NCBI GenBank assembly: GCA_964367915.1
Contig: CAYIZV010000029.1
Span: 1 to 31,163 of the forward strand
Origin: an uncultured Neisseria sp.
Lineage (GTDB): Bacteria; Pseudomonadota; Gammaproteobacteria; Burkholderiales; UBA11063
DNA: 31,163 nucleotides
Direction: 5' to 3'
Made by a program: the position numbers and the translations under genes. A model generated the notes under the pieces. It ran no database searches. It was not told the DNA's origin and worked only from the letters and a program-made list of their open reading frames with translations. Of this stretch, positions 9,239-18,252 are shown piece by piece; the stretch's first letter is position 1; each line of letters opens with the position of its first letter.

Positions 9239-9276
9239 TCCAGCAATTTTGCTATCCAGCCGCAGAGATTATATCA

Positions 9277-9621
9277 ATGCGGCATTTTTTGGAGTATTAC
9301 AACATGGAACAAATCAAATTTACACAATTAGCAAGAGCAGATAATGAAAAAATCTACTTGCTTAAAAACTCAAAAGCAATAACGGCAGGAACTTGGCAGC
9401 AAATTATGGAACGCCTGCCTGTTCTTGGCGCTAATGAAGTAAGCCAAATTATTAACGATATTATGGTTTACGGGCGATGCACTTTCACATTGCTAGATAA
9501 TAGCTACCAGATTTATAACAATCAATCTTTCTTTGAATATATCTCACTTATCTGCAACAAGGACGTTGCAGAGATTGCCCGATACTTTAGAAACGTAAGC
9601 TTTGATGATTTGAATGAGTAA
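9277..9621 (+). CDS. Hypothetical protein (114 aa)
   Basis: ORF followed by a GC hairpin at 9626-9649. Confidence 0.4.
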   Translation: MRHFLEYYNMEQIKFTQLARADNEKIYLLKNSKAITAGTWQQIMERLPVLGANEVSQIINDIMVYGRCTFTLLDNSYQIYNNQSFFEYISLICNKDVAEIARYFRNVSFDDLNE

Positions 9622-9625
9622 AGAT

Positions 9626-9649
9626 TGCCCGCGCCCGCTAACGCGGGCA
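9626..9649 (+). terminator. GC-rich hairpin TGCCCGCG-(8-nt loop)-CGCGGGCA after the 9277-9621 ORF. Weak terminator candidate with no clear U-run.
   Basis: 8-bp perfect stem read from the sequence. Confidence 0.3.
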
Positions 9650-9762
9650 GCAACCAACCACACCCGTATAGAATAGGTAAAACTATACATCAATACAGTA
9701 TAATCTGCAGAGAATCCAAAGGATTCATAAATAATGACAATTGTATATAATAACGTTAAGAT

Positions 9763-9978
9763 TTAGGCATTACTCTCAACTGTTTCAATTATATTAATAA
9801 AGTTTGCCATTTCTTTTGAGCCTTCATCTTTCGAGATAATTTGACTGATGTCATCATCTATTACCGAGAAAAATATAGAGTCTTTTGTTAACTTTAAATT
9901 AAAGATATAATCTTTATAGTTATCCAACATTATATTGAACAGTCTAGTATTTTCACTTGATTTTGTAATTTTAAACAT
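9763..9978 (-). CDS. Hypothetical acidic small protein (71 aa), downstream partner of the RHH gene
   Basis: ORF 23 bp downstream of the RHH gene on the same strand. Confidence 0.35.
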   Translation of the reverse strand: MFKITKSSENTRLFNIMLDNYKDYIFNLKLTKDSIFFSVIDDDISQIISKDEGSKEMANFINIIETVESNA

Positions 9979-10001
9979 TTTCTATTTCCCAGTTACACAC
10001 A

Positions 10002-10274
10002 TTATTTAATATGTTTTACATAACTCTCTAGTGCTTCAACAATTAATGCACTCATAGTGCGATTATCTTGCTTGGAGCGTTTGCGCTTACGAACAATATC
10101 ATCCAACTGCTCAAAAAGGCTAGTCTTCATACTAATAGTTAATCTATGAATACTATCATCAACTTCATATGATTTATCTGCCTCTGAGTTAATAAATGTC
10201 TCTGCTTCTTTATCTGTTTTTTTAACTTGAACCATTATATCTTTCCAATTTAGAATTGTTAATTCATATTTCAT
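10002..10274 (-). CDS. Ribbon-helix-helix (CopG/Arc/MetJ-type) DNA-binding protein
   Basis: The C-terminal RLTISMKTSLFEQLDDIV...NRTMSALIVEALESYV is a typical RHH beta-strand plus two helices. Confidence 0.5.
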   Translation of the reverse strand: MKYELTILNWKDIMVQVKKTDKEAETFINSEADKSYEVDDSIHRLTISMKTSLFEQLDDIVRKRKRSKQDNRTMSALIVEALESYVKHIK

Positions 10275-10296
10275 ACCATGATTTTATCATAAATAG

Positions 10297-10340
10297 ATTA
10301 TAAAGTATGAAATAATATTACATAATTCATACTTTATAAT
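10297..10340. promoter_or_regulatory. Perfect 15-bp inverted repeat ATTATAAAGTATGAA-(14 bp)-TTCATACTTTATAAT. Putative operator in the promoter of the RHH gene.
   Basis: Exact reverse-complement halves read from the sequence, 23 bp upstream of the RHH start codon. Confidence 0.5.
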
Positions 10341-10711
10341 TATTGTATGTACTATTAGTCGCTAACTTTGCTAAGGGTTATTTCATGGTTTTAGTACCAT
10401 AAAACAACCCTTTTCACGCGCATAAAATTTACCGCCTATATTGCCGCTGGATTTAATTCTGGCAATTCACAATTGTGCCAGAATCAAATCCAAAGATAGT
10501 GGGCTCAATGGATGATGCTGAATTTTGGTTTGGATAAACCCAATGCTCATGATTATGTTGCGTATAGGTAAAAATCTATTAAAAAATCTTCTGATAGCAT
10601 AAATAATAGCAATATTTTGCTTCAATGATGTACAATTTAGTAGTCTAATGAATAAGAGCGATATAATTTTAATGGACATCAGTATTCACAAAATTAACTA
10701 GGGATCAAAGC

Positions 10712-11305
10712 ATGACTTCAAACAAATGTTACTCTCTAACAAAAAATAATGAAGTATTTTTGATTAAAACGAGAACGTACTTTGATAATTCACAAAATCT
10801 CGCATATGCAATTAGACTGTATTACAATGTAGTATTTCACAAAAATGGAGGGTGTTTATTTTGGTGTAAACATGATTTTTGCGTAAAATTTAAAACAGAC
10901 ACTAATAAACTAATCATTAATACCTTTGGGCATTACTGTAGCGAGAATAGTTTACGAGATTCATCACACCAAGTTGTAGATATAGTATGTCCAGTTAAAG
11001 ATATGAAGTTGGGGTCGTTAATATTAAATCAATTAGTGCTATGGGCTAGCAAAATGTATCCCGAAAAATATTTCAGCGATTTATCACTATCTAGCGTAGA
11101 TGAAGAAGATCCCGACAATAAAGCAAGGCGTAATAAATTGTATCAAAATTTAGGCTTCAAAATTGAAGGTAATAAAGCAATAGGCAATAAGGCTAGTAAT
11201 ATGACAGCACAAAATATTTATTTTGATTTTACGATTACAGACCTTGATTGCAAGATCAAGATACAGGATCAGTGGGCACACTTCAACAGAGATTTACAAC
11301 TTTAA
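10712..11305 (+). CDS. Hypothetical protein, possibly GNAT-fold acetyltransferase-like
   Basis: The C-terminal KDMKLGSLILNQLVLWA...KLYQNLGFKIEG loosely resembles GNAT motif A and the C-terminal LGF motif. Weak. Confidence 0.35.
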   Translation: MTSNKCYSLTKNNEVFLIKTRTYFDNSQNLAYAIRLYYNVVFHKNGGCLFWCKHDFCVKFKTDTNKLIINTFGHYCSENSLRDSSHQVVDIVCPVKDMKLGSLILNQLVLWASKMYPEKYFSDLSLSSVDEEDPDNKARRNKLYQNLGFKIEGNKAIGNKASNMTAQNIYFDFTITDLDCKIKIQDQWAHFNRDLQL

Positions 11306-11324
11306 ACTTAAAGTTATACAATAA

Positions 11325-11347
11325 AAAGGACGCACGTGGCGTCCTTT
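11325..11347 (+). terminator. Hairpin AAAGGACGC-ACGTG-GCGTCCTTT followed by a T-rich tail
   Basis: 9-bp stem directly after the 10712-11305 ORF. Confidence 0.4.
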
Positions 11348-11866
11348 AGTTTGTTAAAATAAACCAATAAATGGTTTACAGATTATCCGGATGTTTTTCA
11401 ACCCGGCCCAAACGTGAATCATAGATTCACAAGTTAAGAAAACCAATAGAATTAGCTTTCTTCTTGATGTGAGATTCTAAATCTCAGCTAAATTCCGTAG
11501 ACACACGTCAGTGTGTGCAGTGTAAATACTGCGGGTGACGTGCGCTACAATAGGCATTATTTGCATAATGCACTACTTTCCTCTATATACATCAATGATC
11601 ACTCATCTATTATACGAGACAAAATGCCGCGAAGAAGCATTTTTATGTTTTTACAACTGTACGATTATTATTACTTGCAGAAGTAATAATAAAAGCCTTA
11701 GATTGTACGTACTAGATATACTCATCACACCTTTACAGATGTGCTTTATCTTGCCTGCTGACAAAACTTAAACCAAGCAAAGCTTGACATAAATCAAGTT
11801 CCAGCACATGATAAAGTTGAGCTTATTTTTTTGTGTAAAAACTACCGTTTGAACTTTCCTGAAAAA

Positions 11867-11905
11867 GGAATGCCATGTACCCACCGCGGGTACATGAAGC
11901 ATTCC
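11867..11905 (-). terminator. Strong hairpin GGAATGC-CATGTACCC-ACCGC-GGGTACATG-aa-GCATTCC followed by UUUUUCAGG on the minus-strand transcript
   Basis: 16 paired positions. The U-run is on the minus-strand side only. Implies minus-strand transcription entering from the ORF-free tract to the right. Confidence 0.4.
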
Positions 11906-13760
11906 ACACGATGAGTACACAATAAGAGTAGTTTAACAACTCAATAGATACAACTATCCTAGTGACATGCTGCCAAAGCATATCATTATTTGCCATAATA
12001 AAATGGAAATTGGATTCGATTATATCCTGAGCCATCAAACTAAAATTGATGGAGATTTTTTGAAAGTGAAACAGTTGCGACTAAACAACTGCCAACTTAA
12101 TGACTCAAAAACCATTCTCCAAATCACGGTTGCCCGCGATTCTCGTACTGCTTCTTGCTATAAATTTATAAACCAAATTGGCAAATAAACTTACAGACAA
12201 TAACAGTTCCACCCCCGACTTTCGTTCACAACATGGCTTGGTGCCACCATATTGCTATCTGTTTCCGACCTAATCCTTGGTACCACCCAAGAAAAAATAA
12301 TCTGCTGTATCAGAACCTACTCATCGAGTCTCCCACTCTTGGACCAGTATGACATCTTACGTTGCCAAGTTTCACGCGATTAACGAATTACTCTACAGCA
12401 ATCCTACCACTTCGCGTTACTCAAGTCTTTAGAGTTTCCCCGCATAGTTACAACTACTTTGAAGCTATGTTTGCCGTCTTGCGATTAGTTCACCTTGTGC
12501 TTGTTAAAGCACCGATATGTGGGTTATAAGGTTCCTGGAAAGTCACCCCCATATCAGCTTGGTAATCGTCTCAAGTTTCGCCTTAGCGGCACGGACACAT
12601 CTGCATCTTCCCACATAGAGAGTCAAATACTCCCCTGTACATTCTTAAACTATGTCCAGCGATCCAACATTATTCCGCGACTCTGCGCGGTTTTTTGCTG
12701 GTACCAGATAATCCAACAGCCTTTCGACCATCTCATATCCCTGCGTCCTTTCGGAACGCCTCAGCAGCCTTGAATGTGTGGCTCCGTCATATAGATTGCT
12801 CTACATTAGGAGGTGGATTAGTAAGCTTGCCAGCTTACAGGACGTCCTTTAGGGTTTCCCCACATGGTTATCCTTTATCACCACTTCAGTTGTAACAGGC
12901 TCGTATTGTTATTGATTTAGGTCGTGGCTCGCGCCCTTTACCTACAATACTAAGCTACATCAACCAGAGGCACAGAAAACTGTGCTTAGCCCATGTGTAG
13001 CCAGTAGATTACTCTACCTGCCGGCTCACGGTCATCCAACCTGTACCCCAGAGTACATTGATTGTTTTTTTGGATGTGGATAGATAGGGTGATGAAACCC
13101 TAGCCCCACTCGTAGCGCAGCGAACCATTCTTCACGGTACTGCGCTTCGGCTTAAAGAACAACTACAGATTGGTGGTCTGTGTTGTCTGGAGAATTTGCA
13201 ACTAGAATAGAATTGGCGGTTCCATCTAGTTGCCAAGGTTTGAGTCATTAAGTTTTATAAGTCCTGGTTGGTATCCAGAATCAAGAAGAGTTGAGTTCGC
13301 TATTATCCTTTCTAGCTGCGAACATCAAAACAAATTAAATTGAAACGAGTTCACAGCTAGTTGGTTTAGTCGACCCAACTTTGCTATTACAAAATTAATT
13401 AACTGATTGGCAATCAGTTTATAGGATCCGCCGCAACTTTCCGTCGCAGCTTCAAAATCATCAAAGATTATTTTATCACAAAACCTAAGCCGGTCTTTAT
13501 GAAAAAATAATTTTGATATTAGTGGGCTAACGCCCGCATAGGAACCTTTATATACAGCGTCGCCATTTTTTTAAAAAAATATGGCGACTAAGTTTAGAAG
13601 CCCTTATAAATAAGGGCTTCCCCCGAAACCTACTCAAAAACAATAGTTTTTGTAATTTTAAAAATTTTAGATATATATTGCTAAATGAAGTTCTTACTGG
13701 ATAAATGAAAAAACAAATAAAAATCCAAAATATATGCAAATGCGCATACGTTTTTAATTT

Positions 13761-14633
13761 TTGTTTCAAGTACACTTATGTACAGTAATGGAGAAAAACA
13801 TGAGCAAATACAACCATAAAGCAAATCTAGAGAACTTATATTTTATAACTACATTAACTGGATTTATGAAGCAAGTACAGAAGCAAATTCAAATTGGTTA
13901 TAACTTTTATTTTGAAAATAAATTTGAATATTCGAAACTTGAAAATATATTAGGTCGGCTAGATGAAGATTACCACGTATGTGAATCTTCTGATGACAGA
14001 TGGCATCGTCAGCAAGAAAATAAAGTTAGTGTACAATTGATAATGTTTTATGCTGGTGGGGATGTAGTTGACTTTATATTACTTGCTAGACCGGGTATTA
14101 ACGGTTCAAAAAATCATAATTTCTTCAAAACGCTAAAACCAAAAAATGCATTATTGGCATCTCAAAGATTTAATTTAAATCAATACGTATTGCTTAGACA
14201 AAATAATAAAAACTATAACTTTGTGAAAAATGAAATAAACATTGAGGTGCCCAGTTCGCAGGCTCAGTGGACTTATGGATTAAAGAATGAGTATATTAAA
14301 TCAATTAAAGATGATTTTCAAAAATATCTAAAATCTAATAATATGTTTCAACTTAATCAAATTTATGCAAGTTTAACAAAATCAATTGCTTTCAAACGAG
14401 TTAGAAAAGATTACCACGATCTAAGAAAGTTTATGGCAAATGAAATTAATATTCGCTTGAAATCTGATAAACAATTTAAATCCTCAATGGCTGGGAAATT
14501 TTACGATATGCCAGAATTTCTCCCAGAGTTTAAAGGAATAAAAATTCCAAAAATTACTGTCGCAGAACAAATTAAGCCAACAGTTTTGAAAAAGATGAAA
14601 CATCCTGAGCTTGCAAGAAGCAAATTAATTTGA
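13761..14633 (+). CDS. Hypothetical protein (probable start MSKYNHK at 13800)
   Basis: Long clean ORF with a Lys-rich C-terminus. No motif I can assign. Confidence 0.45.
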   Translation: MFQVHLCTVMEKNMSKYNHKANLENLYFITTLTGFMKQVQKQIQIGYNFYFENKFEYSKLENILGRLDEDYHVCESSDDRWHRQQENKVSVQLIMFYAGGDVVDFILLARPGINGSKNHNFFKTLKPKNALLASQRFNLNQYVLLRQNNKNYNFVKNEINIEVPSSQAQWTYGLKNEYIKSIKDDFQKYLKSNNMFQLNQIYASLTKSIAFKRVRKDYHDLRKFMANEINIRLKSDKQFKSSMAGKFYDMPEFLPEFKGIKIPKITVAEQIKPTVLKKMKHPELARSKLI

Positions 14634-14782
14634 ACTATAAAAATTAATTTGGTTGCGGCGCAGATACATTTATTTTTGATAATCTGATTGGAGAAACATA
14701 TTTTTAAGCAGAATAAGATAAAACTTACAAAGAGTTAGAAAACTAAATTTTTTAAAAAATTATTTACAGTTTTGAGGGCACA

Positions 14783-15346
14783 ATGGATATTATAAAAAAT
14801 GACATAATAGAGCAAAAAATTATTGAAATTCGCGGGAATAAGGTAATGCTTGATAGTGACGTAGCTGAGCTATATGGAGTTGAAACCAGAGCAATAAACC
14901 AAGCCGTTAGCAGGAATTTAGAAAAATTTCCTATGGGGTATTTGTTAGAATTAACGTCAATCGAGTGGTCTCATTTGAAATCACAATTTGTGATTTCAAA
15001 TAGAGGCGGTAAAGTAAAATTGCCTATAGCATTTACAGAACGCGGCTTATATATGTTAGCTACAATTTTAAAAACACCTAGAGCTTCTGCTACAACTATT
15101 GCAATAATAGAAGCCTTCATTAAAATTCGAGAAATTCAAAGCGCAGTACTAGACGCTGTAAAACAAGTAAAAGCAGACAAAGAACCTACAAAAGCAATTC
15201 AAAAAGTAGGTAAGCTTGTTAGTGATCTAATTATTCCAGATAATGATTCTCTAGAAACTATTGAAATCACAGACGAAATAGAGTTTAAATTTATGGGTGT
15301 ATTAAAATTAAACCGAACAGTAGTTAAAAAACCTAAGAGTAACTAA
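14783..15346 (+). CDS. ORF6N-domain protein (phage antirepressor-like DNA-binding domain)
   Basis: IRGNKVMLDSDVAELYGVETRAINQAVSRNLEKFP...LPIAFTERGLYMLATILKT matches the ORF6N consensus (vMLDsDLAeLYgVetk.LnqaVkRN..RFp...ayAFTEqGvaMLS). Confidence 0.65.
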   Translation: MDIIKNDIIEQKIIEIRGNKVMLDSDVAELYGVETRAINQAVSRNLEKFPMGYLLELTSIEWSHLKSQFVISNRGGKVKLPIAFTERGLYMLATILKTPRASATTIAIIEAFIKIREIQSAVLDAVKQVKADKEPTKAIQKVGKLVSDLIIPDNDSLETIEITDEIEFKFMGVLKLNRTVVKKPKSN

Positions 15347-15364
15347 TCTATAAGGATAAATTAA

Positions 15365-15877
15365 ATGTTTAAATGTTCTGTAGTAAAAAACATCATGCTC
15401 TGTGGATGCTTAATTTTAACTGGATGTTCAACGATTAATGAGCAGAAATATATTCCTGCAATGAGCATTACTCAAGCCGTTTTAATAACTGGCACTTCAC
15501 TATCTGCATCGGAATCTGCACCAGTTTTAATGGTAGTTAAAGGTAAAACTGAATTGCCAAATGGTATTTCAAATGAATCTTTAGATGGATGCCATGCGAT
15601 TGGTCTCGCACGTGCAAACATCAGTTCCGAACGTATCATGATCAATCTATCAACGCTAAGTTGCATTACGAATGGAGTGGTTTTTGATAAACCAGTAATG
15701 GGTTATGTTGTTGGAGAAGACGCCAAAACTGGAGTAAAAAGCAAAATTGAATTAACACAAGGCGCTTTATTAAAACAATCTACTAGTAGTCAAAGCATTC
15801 AAAAGCCTCAGCCCATATTAAGTGTTGAACCTAATAGAAAGGTCAGTATTATATTTGAATCAGGTTTTTGGAGGTAG
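15365..15877 (+). CDS. Lipoprotein (lipobox LTGC)
   Basis: Signal peptide plus LTG|C, then a soluble domain. First gene of a tightly overlapping operon. Confidence 0.55.
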   Translation: MFKCSVVKNIMLCGCLILTGCSTINEQKYIPAMSITQAVLITGTSLSASESAPVLMVVKGKTELPNGISNESLDGCHAIGLARANISSERIMINLSTLSCITNGVVFDKPVMGYVVGEDAKTGVKSKIELTQGALLKQSTSSQSIQKPQPILSVEPNRKVSIIFESGFWR

Positions 15878-16122
15878 TTATAATGAGTTGGTTTTATGAT
15901 ACTTGGTATGTGATTTTAGGTCTGTTTTTAGCATTTTTAGGAACGGTTTGGGGTCCTTGGATGGGAGTCCCTATATTAATTTTTGGTCTCTCAATCTGCC
16001 TTTTTCATTTTCATTTAGAGATTGGAAATATCATAGCAATTTCAGGGATGTCAGTTTCTATAATTATCGGATTACTTATTTATTTAATAGAGAAGGATTT
16101 TGGAAAGAGTAAAGATATATGA
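15868..16122 (+). CDS. Small two-helix membrane protein (84 aa)
   Basis: Two long hydrophobic segments. Start overlaps the previous stop and the stop overlaps the next start. Confidence 0.45.
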   Translation: MEVVIMSWFYDTWYVILGLFLAFLGTVWGPWMGVPILIFGLSICLFHFHLEIGNIIAISGMSVSIIIGLLIYLIEKDFGKSKDI

Positions 16123-16520
16123 AAAAAATCCTTTTGATATTGTTAGTAATGTTGGTAAGTGGTTGTGTTAATGATACTCAAGCAAATAAAGCACTACAAG
16201 ATCCTATTACACTTAATTTAGTAAAACAGTCAAGTTTAGATCAAGGTAAGTGTATGGGAGATATTTCACCTCAAGGCTTTATTAATGGCTGTAAACTATT
16301 TGATAGAGCATGGTGTGGGGGAAGTTATTTAATTTACATTAACCTGGTGCAAAAGCCGATTACTTGTGACGCTTTAGATTTGAGATTAAAAAAACTAAAC
16401 TTTTCTGTAAACTCAGATGAATTAGTTGAGTATTATTTACATAAAGATGATGCTTTACTTCAAAAAAATAATGAACTAGCACGTCAGCAACAAATTGAAA
16501 ACATGGCTAATGGAAAATAG
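16119..16520 (+). CDS. Lipoprotein (lipobox VSGC)
   Basis: MKKILLILLVMLVSGC signal/lipobox. Confidence 0.55.
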   Translation: MKKILLILLVMLVSGCVNDTQANKALQDPITLNLVKQSSLDQGKCMGDISPQGFINGCKLFDRAWCGGSYLIYINLVQKPITCDALDLRLKKLNFSVNSDELVEYYLHKDDALLQKNNELARQQQIENMANGK

Positions 16521-16668
16521 TCACAATTTTTTACAAGGAATTTTAAGGTAAAAATCTACATTGTCTTAGTTGCATTATTATGTGGCGCATTGATTAGCTG
16601 TGAACAGCAAAAAATAAAGTTATGACTCTTAATGAAGCCTATATCCAATAGAAATTATTTTGTAAGGT

Positions 16669-16872
16669 GTGGCGATGTACATTTTGATATTAACAATTAT
16701 GATTGGAAATAGCCCAGCAATAACAAACATCAGTGGGTTTAAAAATCTAAAAGAGTGTGAATCTGCTGGCAAACAATACGTTAATGAAAACAGTGCAGTA
16801 TTTGATAAAGATTTTAAACTTGTTAAAGCAGGTGTATATGCTAAATATACTTGCATTTATCAGTCTAAATAA
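16669..16872 (+). CDS. Small exported or membrane protein (ATG at 16675 with an AAGGTG SD)
   Basis: 65-aa ORF with an N-terminal hydrophobic segment and 2 Cys. Confidence 0.35.
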   Translation: MAMYILILTIMIGNSPAITNISGFKNLKECESAGKQYVNENSAVFDKDFKLVKAGVYAKYTCIYQSK

Positions 16873-16889
16873 TATTAAAAAGGCTTATT

Positions 16890-17228
16890 ATGTATTTAAT
16901 TTTTCTTGCTGTATCTTCGCTAATAGCTGTTGTTTATTATCTTGCGAGTCCATGGTTTTTCTGGTATGTAAAGAATGGAACACGATCTGAATTAAAAAAA
17001 TGTGGCTGGTTTTTGTTTGTGGGCTTTATATATGTATCTATTAACCTAATTATTTTGACAGTAATGATTTTATTTCAATCTATACTATTCCAAAAAAATC
17101 TTATGATTATGTTTATGTATCTAGCCAACTTTGCAATATTAATAGTATTTACGATTTGGTTAGGAAGTTGGGGAACAATACTGCTGCCAGATTTATTGAA
17201 TAAGTTTAGAAGTGACTCTGATAACTAA
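16890..17228 (+). CDS. Integral membrane protein (112 aa, about 3 TM helices)
   Basis: Hydrophobic helices. Same operon. Confidence 0.45.
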   Translation: MYLIFLAVSSLIAVVYYLASPWFFWYVKNGTRSELKKCGWFLFVGFIYVSINLIILTVMILFQSILFQKNLMIMFMYLANFAILIVFTIWLGSWGTILLPDLLNKFRSDSDN

Positions 17229-17245
17229 GTGATGAAGTTTGTAAT

Positions 17246-17599
17246 ATGAAAAAAGTATTAATATTGCTTTTTAGTTTAGGGCTTTGGGGATGCAGTAATG
17301 CACCGCTAGATCCTGTTGGATTTTTGGAGTGGCAAAAACGTCAAGATCAGTATCACTTTTTAATGCAAAAATTTTGGTTAGGAATTAGTATCTGCTATGT
17401 CTTATCATTTTTTATTACAGAAATTCGCGCTTTTTATAAGCTAATTTTTAAGAAAAAGAACTTATGTTGGGAAGAAACGATTCATGAGATGGGCGTATGG
17501 ATTTTGGTGCTGAGTTTTTGTTGGTTAATCTTCTTTTGGTTATTTAATGATTATGCTCTGCTTTATGTAAATATGTTAGTAAATTGGTCAAATAGTTAA
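17246..17599 (+). CDS. Lipoprotein with additional TM helices (lipobox LWGC)
   Basis: MKKVLILLFSLGLWGC. Confidence 0.5.
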   Translation: MKKVLILLFSLGLWGCSNAPLDPVGFLEWQKRQDQYHFLMQKFWLGISICYVLSFFITEIRAFYKLIFKKKNLCWEETIHEMGVWILVLSFCWLIFFWLFNDYALLYVNMLVNWSNS

Positions 17600-17667
17600 C
17601 TTAGGAAGTATGATAGATTTCGTCATCCTTTGCGAAAAAATCAACAAGGGTAACTTTAAATGTGTGA

Positions 17668-18252
17668 TTGATAATTTTGGAGCTAAAAAATAGTATGAAA
17701 TCGCAAATACAAGACTATATTTCATATGATATTCCAACTTGGCACTACGTAGTATTCACTTTTTGCTCAGTAGTAATAGTCTGGGTTTTTATACATATAA
17801 TATATCGGACGATTAAACGAGATACAAGTATTAAGTATTATTTGAATATGGTTGCTGGTATTTGCTGGGTTGTCTACCCAGCTGTAGTCTACTATGTTGA
17901 AATCACCCAAATGAAAATCTACCCGCCAAGAGTTAAATGCATAATCATGGATTTTTCACACAGCAATATGGAAAAGAACAGTGCTGCGATGGAAGTTTAT
18001 ACTGGTTTTGTTAAAGATAAGTATGCAACTTGTAGCAATTTAAAATGTACGATACCAGCAATCGAGTTTATCCACAACCGAAACCAGACTGCAGCACAAT
18101 ATTCTCAAGAGTCAACAGGGATGTTCTATTGCGCAGACTGTCCTAGTCCGATTTTCTTTGATTGGTCAAAGAAAGAGTTTTACGCACATGTTTTTGTATT
18201 TCCCACGGAGCGAACTGTAAATTCTTCGTTTGTTGAGTTTTTTATACGATAA
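17668..18252 (+). CDS. Membrane protein with a Cys-containing C-terminal domain (194 aa)
   Basis: Two N-terminal TM helices. The C-terminus contains CxxC-like pairs (CADCPSP). Confidence 0.4.
   Translation: MIILELKNSMKSQIQDYISYDIPTWHYVVFTFCSVVIVWVFIHIIYRTIKRDTSIKYYLNMVAGICWVVYPAVVYYVEITQMKIYPPRVKCIIMDFSHSNMEKNSAAMEVYTGFVKDKYATCSNLKCTIPAIEFIHNRNQTAAQYSQESTGMFYCADCPSPIFFDWSKKEFYAHVFVFPTERTVNSSFVEFFIR

Noticed and set aside
10002-11305. GNAT toxin / RHH antitoxin pair (AtaT/TacT-like)
   Set aside because: The genes are divergent rather than in an antitoxin-toxin operon, and the GNAT assignment is weak.
12190-13100. Group II intron, rRNA fragment, tmRNA or RNase P as the explanation for the GC-rich ORF-free tract
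   Set aside because: I searched both strands by eye for domain V (GAGC...CGUACGG), a 5' GUGYG with a downstream RT ORF, conserved 16S/23S blocks, and tmRNA tag or T-arm motifs. None found. Kept only as an unknown structured or decayed tract.
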